Positions 47,508-57,012 of a stretch of 64,000 nucleotides of DNA are shown in pieces. Source of the DNA: Patescibacteria group bacterium UBA6201 (GTDB lineage Bacteria; Patescibacteriota; Minisyncoccia; Phycocordibacterales; UBA918); NCBI GenBank assembly GCA_002422025.1, contig DISV01000005.1, forward strand, positions 203,518 through 267,517, written 5' to 3'. The translations under genes and the position numbers were made by a program. The notes under the pieces were generated by a model that worked only from the letters and a program-made list of their open reading frames with translations, made no database searches and was not told where the DNA came from. Within the stretch, counting starts at the first letter, position 1, and every line of letters starts with the position of its first letter.

Positions 47508-48446
47508 TTATAAAGTTACACCGATTTTCTTGTGGATTTCGATCATTTTAGCACTCGCTCGCTCGCGCGCCTTTTCTGCGCCGTCCCTTAGAACCGATTT
47601 TACCTGCTCATCGGTTATGTTGGCTCGCTTCTCACGCATTGGTGCTATCAGTGCCTCAATATCATTGAGTAAAGCCTCCTTGAGATTCTTATAGCTACCT
47701 TTGTTCTCTTCATAAAGTTTTTCTAGCTCTGCTTCTGAACGAAATAGTTTGTGAATTGAGTATACATTCCGAGGGCGCTCACCTGTAGAGTCCGTTACAA
47801 TACTCATCACTGCCTTTTGTACCTCTTCCTTACTACCAAATAGTGGAATGGTGTTCTTGTAACTTTTGGACATTTTGGCGCCGTCCGTACCTGGAATCAC
47901 TCCGACTCCCTCAAGAATCATTTCTTGAGGAGCAGTGAAGGTGTCTCCGTAAGCGAGATTAAATTTATTAGCAGCCTCTCTAGTGTATTCAACGTGTTGT
48001 TTTTGGTCTTGCCCCACCGGCACCACTTCGGTGTCATACAAAAGAATGTCAGCCGCCATCAACATTGGGTAATTGAATAGGCCGGCGTTTGCTTCTAACC
48101 CTTTAGCCACCTTGTCCTTATAGGCATGTGCTAATTCTAGAAATGGAACGGTGACCAAGCACTCAAATATCCAAGCCAGCTCTGTATGTTCTGGTACATC
48201 AGATTGTTTAAAGATTATTGCCTCATTAGGGTCAACCCCCGCTGCCAAGTAGTCTCTAACCACATCCTTAGTGTTTTGTCGCAGTAAAGAAGGCTCCTTA
48301 ATGGTAGTTAAGGCATGATAGTCCACAACCATTAAATGGCTGTCGTAATCCTTATATAAGTCAACAAAAGGCTTCAGTGCCCCAAAATAATTGCCTAAGT
48401 GGAGTGCACCAGATGGTTGCAATCCGGTCAAGAGTCGCTTTTTCAT
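47508..48446 (-). CDS. trpS: tryptophanyl-tRNA synthetase
   Basis: LTGLQPSGALHLGNYFGA HIGH region and KMSKS. Confidence 0.85.
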   Translation of the reverse strand: MKKRLLTGLQPSGALHLGNYFGALKPFVDLYKDYDSHLMVVDYHALTTIKEPSLLRQNTKDVVRDYLAAGVDPNEAIIFKQSDVPEHTELAWIFECLVTVPFLELAHAYKDKVAKGLEANAGLFNYPMLMAADILLYDTEVVPVGQDQKQHVEYTREAANKFNLAYGDTFTAPQEMILEGVGVIPGTDGAKMSKSYKNTIPLFGSKEEVQKAVMSIVTDSTGERPRNVYSIHKLFRSEAELEKLYEENKGSYKNLKEALLNDIEALIAPMREKRANITDEQVKSVLRDGAEKARERASAKMIEIHKKIGVTL

Positions 48447-48491
48447 CCTGAAATACTAGCAGAAATAGGTGGAAACACGAAATGCCTTGCA

Positions 48492-48618
48492 TAGATTGTT
48501 TAAAAATGGATGCAGATGTGCTAGTTGGAAGAATTTTAGTGACGGAGCCTTAGATAAACTAAGGTGATAGAGCTAAAATTCTGAAACTAGTGCAGACGCG
48601 CCATTTTTAAACAATCTA
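48492..48618 (-). repeat. Copy A of the 128-bp repeated structured element. Its outer arms are a perfect 18-bp inverted repeat (tagattgtttaaaaatgg / ccatttttaaacaatcta). It sits between the HK stop codon and trpS.
   Basis: The arms are seen directly. ~85% identical to copy B. Confidence 0.6.
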
Positions 48619-50325
48619 AGCCCACTTTGCTTCAATGCCGTTGAGTGGCATCACAAAGGTAAAAGTGGAACCTTTATTTTCTCCTGGTGAAGTTACGGTA
48701 ATATCGCCCCCCATCCCCCTAGCCATCGTGCGAGCTATGTAGAGACCGAGTCCTGTACCGGTCACGTTTATTTCATTAGCGTTCTTGGCACGCTCAAATT
48801 TCTGGAAAAGAGTTTTTAGGTTCTCTGGCGAGATACCGATACCATGGTCAGTCACGTCAACATAGGCTGTCTTTGTTTGTAAATCTTTTCTAACAACCAC
48901 TGTTATAGTGCCTGTCTCCTTTGTGTACTTAAGTGCGTTATCTATAAGGTTTTGTACTATTTGTCTAGACTTACCAATATCAAGTTTTACTGCAGCACTG
49001 CCTTCAATGTTAGGCTTAAATTCAAGAGTAATACCTTTTTTAGCCGCTACTGGTAATAGTTCAACCACCACTTCCTCTGCTAATTTTTTAAGGTCGTAAT
49101 CGGCAATCTCGTATTTCATATTACCGGCTTCGATACGTGACACATTGAGGTAATCTTCAATTGAGAGTGCCATATGACGTGAAGCGTCTGATACGTGTGT
49201 CAGAACTTCTTTAACCTTTGGACTGACTTCGCCGTAAGATCCTTCAATAATCATCGAAATGTATCCACGTACGGAAGTCAGAGGACTTCTTAGCTGATGT
49301 GATGCTATCGATACGAATTCAGACTTCATTTTATCTAGCCGTTCTAGACGCATGTTAACTCCAGCTAGTTCGGTGGCCAGTCTCTGTGCTAGTTGTTTTT
49401 GTTGAATCTCGTTCTTAGTACTCCTAACTAATAAGGTACCGAGTATTAATACCAGGACAAAAGTAATTACTGATACTACTCGAACCGTGTCCAGACTTTG
49501 AAGAAAAATAATACTAAAGGTAAGTATTGCCAAGGCTACTAGAAGTAGTTGTGAAGTGACTATGTTCGTTTTAAAAGCATTAAATTGAGTAATCAAGGCA
49601 GCAATGATGGCAACCATAACTGGCATACCAAATATTCCATATTGTCCTATTGTCCAATTCTCGAAGAAGCTTCCGGCTATATTACCGAATGAGAAGATGC
49701 CGAGAAAAAGTATGATAGCGATGGTAGTAAATATTGAAAGATTACGCTTTTTCCCTTCGTCAGCAGTGGTTAATAGATAGATAACCAGCCTAGCCACAAT
49801 TGCCAAAGCAATAATTAGTTGAACAAAATAACTATAGAACACCAATGGCCCCTCTGTAACCTCCCTCCAACAATTTGTTAAGTTGAAGTTCTCAATCATC
49901 AAAGAAGTCTGTGTGAATAAAATTATTGGCAATATAAGTACCACAAAAGGTATTAGCCAACTTAAAGGAAGAGGTTTTTCATATAGTACATTGTGAGAAA
50001 ACGCAAAGGCAGTTAAATAAATGATTGGCTCCAAAAGAATAAGGACAGACCAAACAAACATAATTGTCTGAGGTGAATCATTGGCCCATAGTATTAAGTC
50101 ACCGAAAGTCCATATTGAAAATAAAAGTACAGTCAAAAAGAACAGTTGATTCTGCTTACGTTTTCTGTCATTGAAATAAATTATGAACGCTAACGGTAAG
50201 GCCAATAGTACCGGTAAGATGTGTGAGTAATAGATCAGCGGGTCAAAGACGTTTTCAGAAATAATCAACCAAGACGTAGGTGCCCACTCACAAAATGTTG
50301 CATAGTCTACTAGTGGAGGAACCAT
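48616..50325 (-). CDS. sensor histidine kinase with large N-terminal polytopic membrane domain
   Basis: H-box SHQLRSPLTSVRGY. HATPase N/G boxes NLIDNALKYT and GTGLGLYIA. ~7 TM segments. No response regulator adjacent. Confidence 0.8.
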   Translation of the reverse strand: MVPPLVDYATFCEWAPTSWLIISENVFDPLIYYSHILPVLLALPLAFIIYFNDRKRKQNQLFFLTVLLFSIWTFGDLILWANDSPQTIMFVWSVLILLEPIIYLTAFAFSHNVLYEKPLPLSWLIPFVVLILPIILFTQTSLMIENFNLTNCWREVTEGPLVFYSYFVQLIIALAIVARLVIYLLTTADEGKKRNLSIFTTIAIILFLGIFSFGNIAGSFFENWTIGQYGIFGMPVMVAIIAALITQFNAFKTNIVTSQLLLVALAILTFSIIFLQSLDTVRVVSVITFVLVLILGTLLVRSTKNEIQQKQLAQRLATELAGVNMRLERLDKMKSEFVSIASHQLRSPLTSVRGYISMIIEGSYGEVSPKVKEVLTHVSDASRHMALSIEDYLNVSRIEAGNMKYEIADYDLKKLAEEVVVELLPVAAKKGITLEFKPNIEGSAAVKLDIGKSRQIVQNLIDNALKYTKETGTITVVVRKDLQTKTAYVDVTDHGIGISPENLKTLFQKFERAKNANEINVTGTGLGLYIARTMARGMGGDITVTSPGENKGSTFTFVMPLNGIEAKWA

Positions 50326-50335
50326 AGCTTTATTA

Positions 50336-50893
50336 TTACACAGCGTTGGCGTACTCCCTTTGTAAAAATTGTGGAATGTATGGCATATAACTCAAGTATG
50401 TTTGTCTTGGCAAAGAGTGAATAGATCGAATTATCTTTCTACAATTTTTTGCGCCACATTTACATACACCGGGTAGTCTCCAAAACCTGTCTCCTTCAGT
50501 GATACTGTAATCAATTGTTATATGCTCATTCTCCTTAATGGGTTTTAAGGCGACAATATTCACTGAACCTTTTATGGCACAGTTTGGGTCACAGGAGTGA
50601 TTAAGATATAAGAGCGGGTTATCATCCTTTGGATCTATCCAAAGTTCCCTATCTAATCCTATAGCGTTCGGAAGTTCTACCGAATCTTCGGGGCCACTGA
50701 TTTTTAAAGGGACTTTCTTTCCTTTAATTATAAAAATAGTTTCCCCCTTGTTAATATTCTTTTTAGCAAATAGTCCATACCCCAGACCGACCCGGACATC
50801 TTCTGCTGATGCGGCGTAGACTTTTTTATTTTTAATTTTAGAGATCTTCTTCGGTAAATTCTGAGAGGGGTTTCGTTTCATAAGAAAAGTCAT
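50336..50893 (-). CDS. SET-domain protein (putative protein lysine methyltransferase)
   Basis: N-terminal GLGYGLFAKKNINKGETI, NHSCDPNC, HITIDYS and post-SET CKCGAKNC. Confidence 0.75.
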   Translation of the reverse strand: MTFLMKRNPSQNLPKKISKIKNKKVYAASAEDVRVGLGYGLFAKKNINKGETIFIIKGKKVPLKISGPEDSVELPNAIGLDRELWIDPKDDNPLLYLNHSCDPNCAIKGSVNIVALKPIKENEHITIDYSITEGDRFWRLPGVCKCGAKNCRKIIRSIHSLPRQTYLSYMPYIPQFLQREYANAV

Positions 50894-51055
50894 CTTCTAT
50901 GATGTAGCGATTGTAAGTTACTGCCACAGACAAAAGAATACAAAAAACTAGTATGATGATTAAAATTTGATTGATAGTGGTAGACATAATCAACGTAGTC
51001 ATCTTAGCATCAAATAGTTTTGCTTCAGCTGCTTTTCAACAGCATAATCCTACTG

Positions 51056-51370
51056 TTACATTTCACTAGTTATTACAGCACCCACTGCTAAGGCGAGTGA
51101 AACAAGTTGCCAATTGGTTGGCACTTCACCATACCGAAACCAGCCAAGAGCATAAAGACCAATGAGTGTCATCGCTGCATATATAACACCGACTTGGGCT
51201 AGAGACTTGCCTTGCATGATGTATGCCCACAAAGGTGCGGTAAGGGCGTATAAGCACGCCCCCGCTAGCACCATATATGATATGGTCTGACCGCTCTCAG
51301 CGGCTTGCTTAAGTAGGTCATCACCCCACAGTAATAATGAAACGGCCAAGATTACTGCAACCCAAATCAT
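51056..51370 (-). CDS. small multidrug resistance (SMR/EmrE-SugE family) transporter
   Basis: 104 aa with 4 TM helices and a conserved Glu in TM1 (WGDDLL). Confidence 0.65.
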   Translation of the reverse strand: MIWVAVILAVSLLLWGDDLLKQAAESGQTISYMVLAGACLYALTAPLWAYIMQGKSLAQVGVIYAAMTLIGLYALGWFRYGEVPTNWQLVSLALAVGAVITSEM

Positions 51371-51380
51371 AGGAATCCTC

Positions 51381-51887
51381 TTATATTATAAACATTACCG
51401 CTAGCGGTAACACAAACCAAAGGAAAGCCAGCTCCTCTGTCAGTAAGGATTCTGGAATTGGTGTACCAATGTCAATGATTTCTCCGACCGGCAAATAGTG
51501 GAGAAAAAGCGTCATCACTAATATCATAGCGGCGAAAGCAAAAAGAATTTTTTTGCCTAATGATTCGAATGTGCCCTCTAGGTATTCTCGTGGCATCAGA
51601 CGGGAAAAGAGTATGGTTCCAAGAACAGATAGCGTCACAAAGATTGCTACCGATATTATCGCTTCACTCTTATCGGAACCAGCTTGTTCTATCAAGCTGT
51701 TAGTAAAAGGAAAGAAGGAATGCAAAAACAAACCAAAATACATGCCCATCATTACATTGATGAGACTTTGCCGTCCCTTAAGCATTGCATATCCGAGCGC
51801 AATAGCAAAACTGGCTAACAAGAGTATCCATCCTTGAATGAATGAAAGGACATCAGCAAATTCCATATGAAAATTGTAGCACCACAC
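51381..51887 (-). CDS. hypothetical integral membrane protein
   Basis: 4-5 hydrophobic segments. No motif. Confidence 0.4.
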   Translation of the reverse strand: MWCYNFHMEFADVLSFIQGWILLLASFAIALGYAMLKGRQSLINVMMGMYFGLFLHSFFPFTNSLIEQAGSDKSEAIISVAIFVTLSVLGTILFSRLMPREYLEGTFESLGKKILFAFAAMILVMTLFLHYLPVGEIIDIGTPIPESLLTEELAFLWFVLPLAVMFII

Positions 51888-51935
51888 TCAAGTCAGGAAG
51901 TAGTCCGGAGTTAATAAGTTTTATTGTCATATAAA

Positions 51936-51965
51936 CAAAGTGCGGACCAAAAGGCCCGCACTTTG
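51936..51965 (-). terminator. hairpin caaagtgcggacc-aaaa-ggcccgcactttg
   Basis: Downstream of dnaJ, T-rich tail on the minus strand. Confidence 0.6.
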
Positions 51966-51985
51966 TTGCTAAAAACTCAAAACCT

Positions 51986-53059
51986 CTATATCCCCTCTCC
52001 TTTTAATTCCTCAATCAATTTTTTGGCATTTCGGGAAAGCTTGGTCGGCAATTCAATATCAATCTTCACCAAGAAGTCACCGCGGCGATTGCCGACCGGT
52101 ACCCCTTTTTCCTTAATTCGGAGCACTTCACCGTGTTGAACACTTGCTGGGACACTGATAGTTACAGGACCATCAAGTGTCTCAATTTTATACTCTGCGC
52201 CGAGTAGCGCGTCTGTTAGTTTAACTGGGAGTGTTTGATAAAGGTTATTACCCTCACGCTTTATATGTTTATCTGGTTGAACATGAATCTTAATGTACAG
52301 GTCTCCAGGTATAGCACCTTGGAGTGCCTCACCTTGTCCCACCATTCTGATTACCTCACCGTCACTGATACCAGCAGGCACTTTAATTTTTATCTCAACC
52401 GGTGATCTCTTAACCCCAGTTCCAGCACAACTAGCACATTTTTCTTTTGGCACTTCACCTCGACCCTTACATTCTGCACACTCCCTCACAGTGGTGAAGC
52501 TACCAAGTACACTTTGTCTAGACTCTCTAACTTTCCCTTGCCCATTACATACTTTGCAAGTGGTCATTTCAGTACCAACCTTAGCACCAGTACCTTCACA
52601 GGTCTCGCAAACATTGTGTTTATTTAAGACCACTGTTCGTTCAGTACCAAAGACCGCTTCACGGAAAGGTAGCTCAATGTCTATAGATACATCGTTGCCA
52701 CGCTTTTGTCGTCTGGCGCCGAAACCACCCCCAAAGACATCTCCAAAGTTTTCGAAAATGTCTCCAATATCAAATTCCATTCCATTGAATCCGCCGGCTT
52801 GTGACCAGTTAAATCCTCCAAAGCCTTGGTTTCCTCCACCTCCGCCGCCACCGTTAAAGGCTCGGCCGTAGGTATCATATTCAGCCCGCTTCTTGTCGTC
52901 AGCAAGTACTGAATATGCCTCACTTACCTCTTTAAACTTAGCTTCATCCCCTGTCTTTTTGTCGGGATGATACTGAGCAGCTAGCTTACGGAAAGCCTTC
53001 TTGATCTCATCTTTTGTGGCCTTTTTTTCAATGCCAAGAATTTGATAGTAGTCTTTCAT
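51986..53059 (-). CDS. dnaJ: chaperone DnaJ
   Basis: J domain with HPD, Gly-rich linker, four CxxCxGxG repeats. Confidence 0.9.
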   Translation of the reverse strand: MKDYYQILGIEKKATKDEIKKAFRKLAAQYHPDKKTGDEAKFKEVSEAYSVLADDKKRAEYDTYGRAFNGGGGGGGNQGFGGFNWSQAGGFNGMEFDIGDIFENFGDVFGGGFGARRQKRGNDVSIDIELPFREAVFGTERTVVLNKHNVCETCEGTGAKVGTEMTTCKVCNGQGKVRESRQSVLGSFTTVRECAECKGRGEVPKEKCASCAGTGVKRSPVEIKIKVPAGISDGEVIRMVGQGEALQGAIPGDLYIKIHVQPDKHIKREGNNLYQTLPVKLTDALLGAEYKIETLDGPVTISVPASVQHGEVLRIKEKGVPVGNRRGDFLVKIDIELPTKLSRNAKKLIEELKGEGI

Positions 53060-53126
53060 TTTAAGATTAGAGATTTAGCGTCCCGACATTCTAATAGAAT
53101 GTCTCCTACCACCTTATACGATGATT

Positions 53127-55007
53127 CTACTCCTTTTTGTCAGTATTGTCCCCAGCTGGTTCCTCGCTCTGTTCCCCAGCTGGTTTTTCTGGTTGTGCTT
53201 CAGAGCTTTGCTGTTGCAAGAGTTCACCAATCTTAGATAGCTCTGCTGATAGTTCTTGAGTTTTTGTTTCTATATCAGCTACCGCATCTTTATCCTTAAC
53301 CTCTTGCACTTCCTTTATTTTTGCTTCAATAGAAGTCTTCAAGTCAGCCGGAACTTTCTCTACATAGTCACGAAGTGACTTTTCGGCAGTGTACACAGTC
53401 TGGTCGGCTAGGTTTCGAGCTTCAACCAACTTCTTCTTGCTCTCGTCATCAGCCTGGTGGGCCTCGGCGTCCTTTTTCATTCTTTCGATATCCTCAGGTG
53501 TGAGGCCAGAGCTAGCTTCGATACGGATAGACTGCTCCTTTCCAGTTGCCTTGTCTTTTGCAGTTACTTTTAATACACCGTTTGAGTCAACATCGAAGGC
53601 CACTTCGATTTGTGGTACTCCTCTCGGCGCTGGTGGAATTCCGTCTAGAATAAAGCGACCGAGCGACTTGTTGTCGCTTGCTAATGCTCGCTCTCCTTGC
53701 ACGATGTGAATCTCAGTTGTGGTCTGATTATCAGCTGCAGTAGAGAAGATCTGTGACTTCTGAGTTGGAATATGGGAGTTCTTCTCAATTAACTTTGTGT
53801 TTACTCCACCCATAGTTTCAATACCGAGGGATAGTGGAATAACGTCCACCAAAGTAATGTCTTGAACATCTCCTTGGAAGATACCAGCCTGAATAGCCGC
53901 ACCGAGCGCTACCACTTCGTCAGGGTTAATAGATTTGTTTGGCTCTTTGCCAAAGTATTCCTTTACCTTATCAACAATCTTTGGCATACGAGTCTGTCCA
54001 CCAACCATGATGATTTCATCAATCTCTTCTTTCTTAAATGGTGAGGCTTCAAGGGCACGCTTAGTGATTTCCATCGCCCGGTCAATGAACTCATTGGCGA
54101 TTTCATCAAGCTTAGCGCGTGTGAGCTTCAAAAGCATGTGCTTAGGCCCTTCCGAACCTGAAGTGATGAACGGAATATTAATTTCAGTCTCTAGTGAAGA
54201 CGATAGCTCAAGTTTTGCCTTTTCAGCTGCCTCGTCGAGACGTTGCAAAGCGAGTTTGTCAGAGCTGAGGTCAATTCCCTCACTCTTCTTAAACTCAGCA
54301 ATCAACCAGCGAACAATTTCCTGATCAATGTCACGTCCACCCATATGAGCATCTCCGTCAGTAGACTTCACTTCTACTACGTCGTCACCAACCTCCAGTA
54401 CTGTGACATCGAAAGTACCACCTCCGAAGTCAAAAACCACTAGCTTTTCATCCTTCTTCTTATTAAATCCGTAGGCAAGTGCGGCAGCGGTTGGCTCATT
54501 GATGATACGCTTCACCTCAAGTCCAGCAATCTTTCCAGCATCTTGAGTAGCCTTTCTTTGTGCGTCATTAAAGTAGGCTGGAACAGTAATAACTGCTTCA
54601 GTTACCTTTTCACCAAGTCTAGCTTCAGCGTCGGCCTTTAGCTTACCTAGAATCATCGCTGAAACCTCTTCTGGACGATAGTCCTTCTCAGCCATTTTGA
54701 CCTGCACCCCACCATCAGGCCCCTCCTTTACTTCATACGGCACGATGGCTTTGTCCTTCTGGACAGCTTCCTCTTTGAAAGCGTGTCCCATGAAGCGCTT
54801 GATACCATAGATAGTATTAAACGGGTTTGTGACAGCCTGACGCTTAGCAATCTGACCCACCAAACGCTCATTGGTTTTAGATATAGCAACAATTGATGGA
54901 GTGGTACGTCCACCTTCTGCGTTTTCAATTATTTTTGGCTCACCTGCCTCAATAAAGGCTACGGCTGAGTTAGTTGTTCCAAGGTCAATACCAATTATTT
55001 TAGCCAT
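53127..55007 (-). CDS. dnaK: chaperone DnaK (Hsp70)
   Basis: [21 protein letters not shown], acidic C-terminus. Confidence 0.95.
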   Translation of the reverse strand: MAKIIGIDLGTTNSAVAFIEAGEPKIIENAEGGRTTPSIVAISKTNERLVGQIAKRQAVTNPFNTIYGIKRFMGHAFKEEAVQKDKAIVPYEVKEGPDGGVQVKMAEKDYRPEEVSAMILGKLKADAEARLGEKVTEAVITVPAYFNDAQRKATQDAGKIAGLEVKRIINEPTAAALAYGFNKKKDEKLVVFDFGGGTFDVTVLEVGDDVVEVKSTDGDAHMGGRDIDQEIVRWLIAEFKKSEGIDLSSDKLALQRLDEAAEKAKLELSSSLETEINIPFITSGSEGPKHMLLKLTRAKLDEIANEFIDRAMEITKRALEASPFKKEEIDEIIMVGGQTRMPKIVDKVKEYFGKEPNKSINPDEVVALGAAIQAGIFQGDVQDITLVDVIPLSLGIETMGGVNTKLIEKNSHIPTQKSQIFSTAADNQTTTEIHIVQGERALASDNKSLGRFILDGIPPAPRGVPQIEVAFDVDSNGVLKVTAKDKATGKEQSIRIEASSGLTPEDIERMKKDAEAHQADDESKKKLVEARNLADQTVYTAEKSLRDYVEKVPADLKTSIEAKIKEVQEVKDKDAVADIETKTQELSAELSKIGELLQQQSSEAQPEKPAGEQSEEPAGDNTDKKE

Positions 55008-55053
55008 ATATAGTTCTTAGTTATTAGTACTTAGCTCTTAGTAAAGATTTCTT

Positions 55054-55653
55054 TTATTCCACAGTAACTTTGGCGTGGCGTATTATCTTATCTCCCATTT
55101 TATATCCTTTCAGTACCACATCCTTCACTACGCTTCCGTTACCGTTATCTGCCAAAGCCTCGTGTAGATTTGGATCAAACTCATCTCCAGTTTTTCCAAA
55201 CCCTACTGCACCATAATTCCTCAATATGGATGAAAGTTGCAGGTAAATGCCTTGAAGTCCCTTTTTAAGGTTCTCAGGCGCTGTTTCAAAAGCAGGATCT
55301 TGCAAGGCCATATCGAAACTATCACAAAGCGGAAGAATATCCTCAATGAGTCCAGCAGTCATTCTGGCACGGTCATTAACTTTCTCTTCATCAAGCCTAC
55401 GACGCGCGTTCAAGAAGTCCGCCTTGGCTCTTTGAAGCTCTTCAAGCGCTGACATTTTATCTTTCTCTGCTAATTTCAGTTTCTCTCGGAGTCGTTTCAG
55501 TTTGTCAGCACTGTTTTCTTCCTCAATCTCTAATGATTCGTCTTCGATATCATCTTCGTCCTCCATTTCAAGCTCCAAATCTTCATTTTCATTCCGTAAC
55601 ATCACCATACATTTAACATTATAACTGGAGTGAGAGTGGTTGTCAAAATGCAC
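55054..55653 (-). CDS. grpE: nucleotide exchange factor GrpE
   Basis: Acidic N-terminus, coiled coil, C-terminal DEFDPNLHEAL...KGYKMGDKIIRHAKV. Its start overlaps the upstream gene stop (TAATG). Confidence 0.8.
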   Translation of the reverse strand: MHFDNHSHSSYNVKCMVMLRNENEDLELEMEDEDDIEDESLEIEEENSADKLKRLREKLKLAEKDKMSALEELQRAKADFLNARRRLDEEKVNDRARMTAGLIEDILPLCDSFDMALQDPAFETAPENLKKGLQGIYLQLSSILRNYGAVGFGKTGDEFDPNLHEALADNGNGSVVKDVVLKGYKMGDKIIRHAKVTVE

Positions 55654-56528
55654 TACTTAGTCACATACTTGATGCCTGACTCAGTCCATTTTTTTAGAAC
55701 GTAATCTAAATACCCGTCTATTAAAACAGGTGGACACATTTCTGAAAGTTCCAAGCCGGCGCTTGTAAATAAACAGTTGCCGATAGGTAGCCTGAATTCG
55801 TTTACATTCTTATTTGCTTTCGACAACTTCAGTTCAAATTTGTTACCTAAGTAACTTACATCACATTGCTCTTCTGTAGAGACATTCTTGAAGCCAAAAG
55901 CACCATCAAATTTTATTAAACCAATTGAATCTAAGTGTAACAAAGTTCCGAAGTCCACACCATTATCGTTGTACAATTTTTCCTTGGAATCAAACACTAA
56001 TGGTGCCGGTCCATTAACGTCCCAAATGAAGTTACAGAGTGATGAAAACATGTCTGCATCACTTTTGTCCAAAGTTGCTAGTAGTTGAATGGTGCGCTTA
56101 CTATACGAACCTGGATAATTCGCTTCTCCAGCCAACACTCGGGACCATAGCTCTTGCATCTGGTCATTAGAAATAAGTCTCGCTTTATCGAAAAATGCAA
56201 CGAGCCAGTCTTTCTCAATTTTTTCAGGGCTTGCTTCCTGAGTAAGTAACGGCAGTGCCTTGATTGTTACAGATTCAATATTCTTTTGTCTTTCTGACTC
56301 TTCGGTAATCATTCTAGATAGTGCTCTTTGTTCAAGTTCTGTAGCTTCTATTGTAGCTTCTGTTTGTGCACGAGTACGCACTTTTGTGGCGTATGCTTCT
56401 GCATCAGCAATTCTTTTGATCTGACCAGGCCGAAATACTCCTCCCACAGCATCAGAAACACGATTCACTAAAGTAGTTGCTGTGTCTGCAAACTTGCCGA
56501 GGTTTATTAATGATATTTCGTTCTTCAT
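55653..56528 (-). CDS. hypothetical protein (291 aa) in the position usually held by hrcA
   Basis: No HrcA motifs. Translationally coupled to grpE. Confidence 0.45.
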   Translation of the reverse strand: MKNEISLINLGKFADTATTLVNRVSDAVGGVFRPGQIKRIADAEAYATKVRTRAQTEATIEATELEQRALSRMITEESERQKNIESVTIKALPLLTQEASPEKIEKDWLVAFFDKARLISNDQMQELWSRVLAGEANYPGSYSKRTIQLLATLDKSDADMFSSLCNFIWDVNGPAPLVFDSKEKLYNDNGVDFGTLLHLDSIGLIKFDGAFGFKNVSTEEQCDVSYLGNKFELKLSKANKNVNEFRLPIGNCLFTSAGLELSEMCPPVLIDGYLDYVLKKWTESGIKYVTK

Positions 56529-56538
56529 ATTTTGTTTA

Positions 56539-56565
56539 CAAAAGCCGCTCTAAAGAGCGGCTTTT
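56539..56565 (-). terminator. hairpin aaaagccgctctaaagagcggctttt
   Basis: After the rpsI stop, with a T-run on the minus strand. Confidence 0.7.
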
Positions 56566-56573
56566 GTGAGATA

Positions 56574-57011
56574 TTAACGTTTTGACCACTGTGGGGCTCG
56601 ACGTGCTTTGCGAAGTCCAAACTTCTTTCTTTCTACTGAGCGAGGGTCTCGTTTTAGGAAACCTGCCTTCTTAAGTAGACCACGACGATCGGCCTTCTCT
56701 AGAAGAAGAGCACGAGCGATACCAAGCTTTACAGCATCTGCCTGTGCAGAAAGACCGCTACCAGACACCTTCACAGTTACAGTGTAATCACCAAGACCAA
56801 GGTCTTTAGTTCCCAAAACTGCCATCACTTCGTTGATGTGAGATTGGTGCTTGAAGTACTCCTCAATCTTCTTGTCGTTAATAACAACTGTAGTTGCTTT
56901 GGCAGGAGTGAGACGTACACGAGCAGTGGAAGTCTTGCGACGTCCAATACCTTCGTTGTAGCGCTCGCTAGAAGCTGTTGCTTTCTTAGTTGTTTTTGTT
57001 TCGGTAGCCAT
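56574..57011 (-). CDS. rpsI: 30S ribosomal protein S9
   Basis: GRRKTSTARVRL ... ends KARRAPQWSKR. Confidence 0.9.
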   Translation of the reverse strand: MATETKTTKKATASSERYNEGIGRRKTSTARVRLTPAKATTVVINDKKIEEYFKHQSHINEVMAVLGTKDLGLGDYTVTVKVSGSGLSAQADAVKLGIARALLLEKADRRGLLKKAGFLKRDPRSVERKKFGLRKARRAPQWSKR

Positions 57012-57012
57012 A

